Below, one piece after another: positions 59,704 to 64,000 of a stretch of 64,000 nt of DNA (positions within the stretch are counted from its first letter, which is position 1; each line of letters opens with the position of its first letter). A program made the translations under genes and the position numbers. Source of the stretch: Hyalangium minutum. GTDB lineage: Bacteria > Myxococcota > Myxococcia > Myxococcales > Myxococcaceae. The stretch covers positions 62,001-126,000 of the forward strand of contig NZ_JMCB01000028.1 of the NCBI RefSeq assembly GCF_000737315.1. Direction: 5' to 3'. The notes under the pieces are model-generated. The model did not search any database and was not told where the DNA came from. It worked only from the letters and a program-made list of their open reading frames with translations.

Positions 59704-62700
59704 ATGCTCACGCCCCTGCGAATCACCGCCATCCTGATGGGGATGTGCGGACTCCTCTCCGCGTGCGAGGCGCGCCTCGAACCCGGCGCCGCACAGGTAC
59801 CGCAGGAGGGCACTCAATCCGCGGCGCTCGCTGCGCCACAGGGTTCGTCCTCCAAGCTCCTCAAGGCGAAAGAACACGGCATCCCCGGCCGGTACATCGT
59901 CGTGCTCGAGGACAAGGGCACCCGCAACCTCCAGGGCGCGCCGATGGAGGTTCGCAAGGTCTCGGATGTGCTGGCCCGCGCGCACGGCGGCTCCGTGCGG
60001 CGCGTCTACGCGCACGCGCTCCGGGCCTTCACCGTGTCGATGACAGAAGAGGAGGCTCAGCGCATGAGCGAGGATCCGAGCGTGCGCTACGTGGAGCAGG
60101 AGCGCATCTTCAAGGTCAGCGGCGTGCAGCAGTTCCCCATCTCGTGGGGCCTGGACCGCGTGGATCAGCGTCCCCCCACGCTGGATGACCTCTACACCTA
60201 CGAGTACACGGGCGCCGGCGTTCACGCGTACATCGTCGATACGGGCATCCGCAGCACTCACCAGGAGTTCGCCGGCCGCATGGGCAATGGCTTCGACGCC
60301 GTCGGCGACGGCCTGGGCACCGAGGACTGCCGAGGCCACGGCACCCACGTCGCCGGCACGGTGGGCGGCACCCTCTCGGGCGTGGCCAAGGAGGTCACCC
60401 TCCACTCGGTGCGCGTCATCACGTGCTCGGGCGAGGGCACGCTGGAGCAGGTCATCGCGGGCATCGACTGGATCTCCGCGAACCACGTGAAGCCGGCCGT
60501 GGTCAACATGAGCATCGGCTCCGAGGCGGACCAGGCCGTGGATGACGCGGTGACAGGCTCCATCGGCTACGGCCTCACCTACGTCGTCGCCGCAGGCAAC
60601 GAGTCCGTGAATGCCTGCATCCGCTCTCCGGCGCGCACGCCGCTGGCCATCACCGTCGGCGCGATCAGCGAGCTCGACTCCATGTCGTTCTTCTCCAACT
60701 ACGGCGGCTGCGTGGACCTGTTCGCGCCCGGCGAGACGATCACCTCCGCCTGGTACACCGGCGACAGTGAGTTCTACGATCTGGACGGCACCTCGATGGC
60801 CACCCCCCACGTCTCGGGAGCCGTCGCCCTCTTCCTCGAAGGCCACCCCAACGCCACGCCGGACGAGGTGGCGGAGGAGATCGTCGCCCGCGGCACGCGC
60901 AACCTGCTGACCGACCTGGGCAATGGCTCGCCGAACGTGCTGCTCCACACCGCGTGCATGGGCTCCACGGACTCGGTGCCGCCCCGGGTGGAGCTCACCG
61001 CCCCGGCCGAGGGCGCCACGCTCTCCGGCCTCGTGCAGCTTCAGGCCATCGCGAGCGACAACCTGGGCGTCTCCAAGGTGGAGTTCTACTTGAACGGAAA
61101 GCTCATCGGCACGGCCTCGGCCGCGCCCTTCGAGATCACCTGGGACAGCACCGAGGAGGACAACGGCCCCTCCACCCTCAGCGTGCGTGCCTTCGACAAC
61201 GGCTGCAACAGCCAGGAGGCGTCTATCGCCGTCACCCTCCACAACGCGGGCAAGGCGAGCTTCGACCCGAACCTGCTGGCGCCCGTCTGCCTCGGCACGG
61301 GCACCCAGTGCGACTCCGGCACGCTGCTCAACGGCCGCGGCCCTCTGATGGGCCCCGAGCTGAACACGCCCAACACCCTGGGCGGAAGCTGCCCGGACGG
61401 TCTGGAGGGCTGGTACCAGATCGATCCGTCCATCGAGCGCATCCGGATCGTCCATGACGGCGGCTCGCTGCTCTCGCCGGGCAAGCAGGTGCGCGTCGAG
61501 GTCAGCTTCTTCGCGAGCTACGAGCCCTTCTTCGAGCGGCTGGACCTCTTCTCCGCCTCCGACGCGCGGAACCCGGTGTGGGCGCAGTTCGCCAGCCTCG
61601 TGCCCAAGGACATTGGCGCGAACCTGATGTCCACCTCCTTCATCATTCCCGCAGGGAGCAGCCTTCAGGCGGTCCGCGCCGTCTACCGGTTCGGAGGCAG
61701 CCCCTCCGCGTGCCCGATGGGCAACATCGATGAGGCGGATGACCTCGCCTTCACCGTGATCGAGGAGACAGACACCGCGCCGCCCACCGCCACGCTGACC
61801 TCGCCGGCAGCGGGCTCGAGCGTCAAGGGCACTGTCACGCTCGTCGGCACGGCGAGCGACAACTTCGCGGTCACGCGCGTCGAGTTCTACGACGGAGACA
61901 CGCTGGTGGGGACGGACTCCTCGGTCCCCTACAGCACGACGTGGGATACGAAGGCGACACAGAACGGAAGCCACTCGCTGACCGCCCGAGCCTACGACTC
62001 GGCGGGCTTCGTGGGGGTCTCCCCGGCGGTGAGCGTCACGGTGAACAACGACGTGACGCCGCCCACCGTGGCCTTCGCCGCGCCGGCCGCGGGCGCCACC
62101 GTGTCGGGCACCCTCACCCTCAACGTGACGGCGACCGACAACGTGGGCGTCACCAAGGTGGAGTTCTATGACGGCGCCACCCTGCTGGCCACGGATGCCA
62201 CCTCGCCGTACACCTTCTCGTGGGCCACGCGAACGGTGCCCAATGGCACCCACGTCCTCACCGCGAAGGGCTACGACAGCTCGGGCAACGTCGGCACGGT
62301 GGAGCGGACGGTGACGATCGACAACGACTTCACCCCGCCCACGGCCACCGTCACCGCTCCGGCCGAGGGCGCCTCGGTGAGCGGAACGGTGGCGTTCACG
62401 GCCACGGCCACGGACGACCGGTCCACCCTCTCCAGGGTGGAGTTCTACCTGGACGGCACCCTGCTCGGCACCGACACCTCGGCGCCGTTCAGCATCAACT
62501 ACAACACCCGGCTCCAGGCCAACGGCGTCAAGGTGCTCACCGCCAAGGCCTATGATTCGTGGAGCAACGTGGGCACCTCGGCCCCGGTGAGTGTCACGTT
62601 CGACAACGACTTCACCCCGCCCACCGTCACGCTCACCGCGCCCACCGAGGGCACCTCGCTGATCGGCACGATCATCCTCTCGGCCACGGCCGCGGATGAA

Positions 62701-64000
62701 CGGTCGGCCATGTCACGGGTGGAGTTCTACCTGGGCACCACCCTGATCGGCTCCGACAGCTCGGCGCCGTACAGCATCAACTACAACACCCGCCAACAGG
62801 CCAACGGCGCCAAGGTGCTCACCGCCAAGGCCTATGATGCGGTGGGCAACGCCGGTACCTCCGTGCCGGTGAACGTGGTGATCGACAACGACTACGCCGC
62901 GCCCACCGTGGCGGTCACGGGCCTCGCGGAGGGAGCGGCGCTGACGGGCACCCTCACGTTCACGGCTACGGCCACGGATGAGCGGTCGACCCTGTCCCGG
63001 GTGGACTTCTACGCGGACACCACGCTGATCGGCTCCGACACCACCTCGCCGTACAGCATCAGCTACAACACCCGCCAGCTGGCCAACGGCGCCAAGGTGA
63101 TCACCGCGAAGGCCTATGACACGTGGAACAACGTGGGGACTTCCGCGCCGGTGAACGTGACGTTCGACAATGACTTCGCAGCACCCACGGTGGCACTCAC
63201 CAGCCCCACCGACGGGGCCCCCGTGAGCGACACCCTCACCCTCTCGGCCACCGCCAGCGACGACCGGAGCACCGTCTCCAAGGTGGAGTTCTACGTGGGC
63301 AACACCTTGATCGGCTACGACACCACGTCGCCGTACAGCCTCAGCTACAACACGCGCCTCCAGACAACCAACGGCGCCAAGGTGCTCACCGCCAAGGCCT
63401 ATGACTCATGGAACAACGTGAGCATCTCGGCGCCGGTGAACGTGACGTTCGACAATGACTTCGTCGCCCCCGCGGTGACGCTCACCCTCCCTGCCGAGGG
63501 CTCCACGGTGAGCGAGACGCTCACCCTCTCGGCCACGGCCAGCGACGACAAGACCGCCATCTCCAAGGTGGAGTTCTACGTGGGCACGAGCCGGCTGGCG
63601 ACCGTCACCACGCCCCCGTACACGTACAGCTACAACACGCGCCTGCTCGCCAACGGCGCCAAGGTGCTCACCGCCAAGGCCTATGACGCGTGGAACAATG
63701 TGGGTACCTCGGCGGCGGTCAACGTCACGTTCGACAACGACTTCACCGGACCTACGGTGGCGCTCACCGAGCCATCTGAAGGAGCCACACTGCGCGACAC
63801 GGTCACCTTCTCGGCCACGGCCAGCGACGACAGGACCGCCGTCTCCAAGGTGGAGTTCTACGTGGGCACGAGCCGGCTGGCGACCGTCACCACGGCCCCC
63901 TACACCTACAGCTACAACACCCGCCTGCTCGCCAATGGCGCCAAGGTGCTCACCGCCAAGGCCTATGACGCGTGGAACAACGTGACGACCTCGGCGGCGG
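59704..64000 (+). CDS. Subtilase (S8) lipoprotein with I9 propeptide and many Ig-like (Big_7-type) repeats; partial, runs off the window
   Basis: AGGAGG RBS, LSAC lipobox, IPGRYIVVL, AYIVDTGI (Asp), GHGTHVAG (His), GTSMATPHV (Ser); no stop before 64000, hence absent from the ORF track. Confidence 0.92.
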   Translation, partial: MLTPLRITAILMGMCGLLSACEARLEPGAAQVPQEGTQSAALAAPQGSSSKLLKAKEHGIPGRYIVVLEDKGTRNLQGAPMEVRKVSDVLARAHGGSVRRVYAHALRAFTVSMTEEEAQRMSEDPSVRYVEQERIFKVSGVQQFPISWGLDRVDQRPPTLDDLYTYEYTGAGVHAYIVDTGIRSTHQEFAGRMGNGFDAVGDGLGTEDCRGHGTHVAGTVGGTLSGVAKEVTLHSVRVITCSGEGTLEQVIAGIDWISANHVKPAVVNMSIGSEADQAVDDAVTGSIGYGLTYVVAAGNESVNACIRSPARTPLAITVGAISELDSMSFFSNYGGCVDLFAPGETITSAWYTGDSEFYDLDGTSMATPHVSGAVALFLEGHPNATPDEVAEEIVARGTRNLLTDLGNGSPNVLLHTACMGSTDSVPPRVELTAPAEGATLSGLVQLQAIASDNLGVSKVEFYLNGKLIGTASAAPFEITWDSTEEDNGPSTLSVRAFDNGCNSQEASIAVTLHNAGKASFDPNLLAPVCLGTGTQCDSGTLLNGRGPLMGPELNTPNTLGGSCPDGLEGWYQIDPSIERIRIVHDGGSLLSPGKQVRVEVSFFASYEPFFERLDLFSASDARNPVWAQFASLVPKDIGANLMSTSFIIPAGSSLQAVRAVYRFGGSPSACPMGNIDEADDLAFTVIEETDTAPPTATLTSPAAGSSVKGTVTLVGTASDNFAVTRVEFYDGDTLVGTDSSVPYSTTWDTKATQNGSHSLTARAYDSAGFVGVSPAVSVTVNNDVTPPTVAFAAPAAGATVSGTLTLNVTATDNVGVTKVEFYDGATLLATDATSPYTFSWATRTVPNGTHVLTAKGYDSSGNVGTVERTVTIDNDFTPPTATVTAPAEGASVSGTVAFTATATDDRSTLSRVEFYLDGTLLGTDTSAPFSINYNTRLQANGVKVLTAKAYDSWSNVGTSAPVSVTFDNDFTPPTVTLTAPTEGTSLIGTIILSATAADERSAMSRVEFYLGTTLIGSDSSAPYSINYNTRQQANGAKVLTAKAYDAVGNAGTSVPVNVVIDNDYAAPTVAVTGLAEGAALTGTLTFTATATDERSTLSRVDFYADTTLIGSDTTSPYSISYNTRQLANGAKVITAKAYDTWNNVGTSAPVNVTFDNDFAAPTVALTSPTDGAPVSDTLTLSATASDDRSTVSKVEFYVGNTLIGYDTTSPYSLSYNTRLQTTNGAKVLTAKAYDSWNNVSISAPVNVTFDNDFVAPAVTLTLPAEGSTVSETLTLSATASDDKTAISKVEFYVGTSRLATVTTPPYTYSYNTRLLANGAKVLTAKAYDAWNNVGTSAAVNVTFDNDFTGPTVALTEPSEGATLRDTVTFSATASDDRTAVSKVEFYVGTSRLATVTTAPYTYSYNTRLLANGAKVLTAKAYDAWNNVTTSAA
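61771..64000 (+). repeat. Tandem Ig-like repeats of ~94 aa (~282 bp), at least 8 here plus one at ~60975
   Basis: Recurring ND...PTV.LT.P.EG...ATA.DD...KVEFY...NGAKVLTAKAYD; the last two units are nearly identical at DNA level. Confidence 0.88.

Noticed and set aside
59596-62253. 885-aa minus-strand ORF listed where the subtilase lies
   Set aside because: Antisense shadow; the real plus-strand gene is missing from the track only because it has no stop in the window

Overview
High-GC chromosomal DNA from a myxobacterium (Myxococcales-like; inferred from the gene families, the MYXO-CTERM-like motif and codon usage). The backbone carries two atypical PilT-like ATPases, a TonB-dependent receptor, a DinG/YoaA helicase, an S2P protease-regB-regA operon, HAD and lipid kinase genes, kup, hrcA, a cyanophycin operon (cphA-iadA-cphB), and a giant poly-HAMP hybrid kinase next to a second hybrid kinase. 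The right-hand part holds a serpin, a metallophosphoesterase, an SDR, a VOC protein and a subtilase with Ig-like repeats that runs off the window. Accessory material includes a trio of lipoproteins led by a JAB-motif protein (9.1-10.8 kb) and a small island (22.7-25.7 kb). The island has a polymorphic lipoprotein toxin/immunity-like pair and a nuclease-like gene, and ends at a tmRNA 3'-end-like att fragment. The three strongest novelty candidates are: (1) a stand-alone fusion of an AetD-like heme-oxygenase-like domain that appears to have lost its iron ligands to an intact-looking tryptophan prenyltransferase (45539-47368); (2) an adhesin with an internal MYXO-CTERM motif and a second internal signal peptide followed by a TraB-like OmpA module, a possible self-anchoring polyprotein (47537-52828); (3) a 71-aa mini-protein resembling the GyrA N-terminal winged-helix region, coupled to the serpin (55068-55283). 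No CRISPR array, rRNA or complete tRNA was seen. All family calls come from motif recognition by eye; no database search was run.
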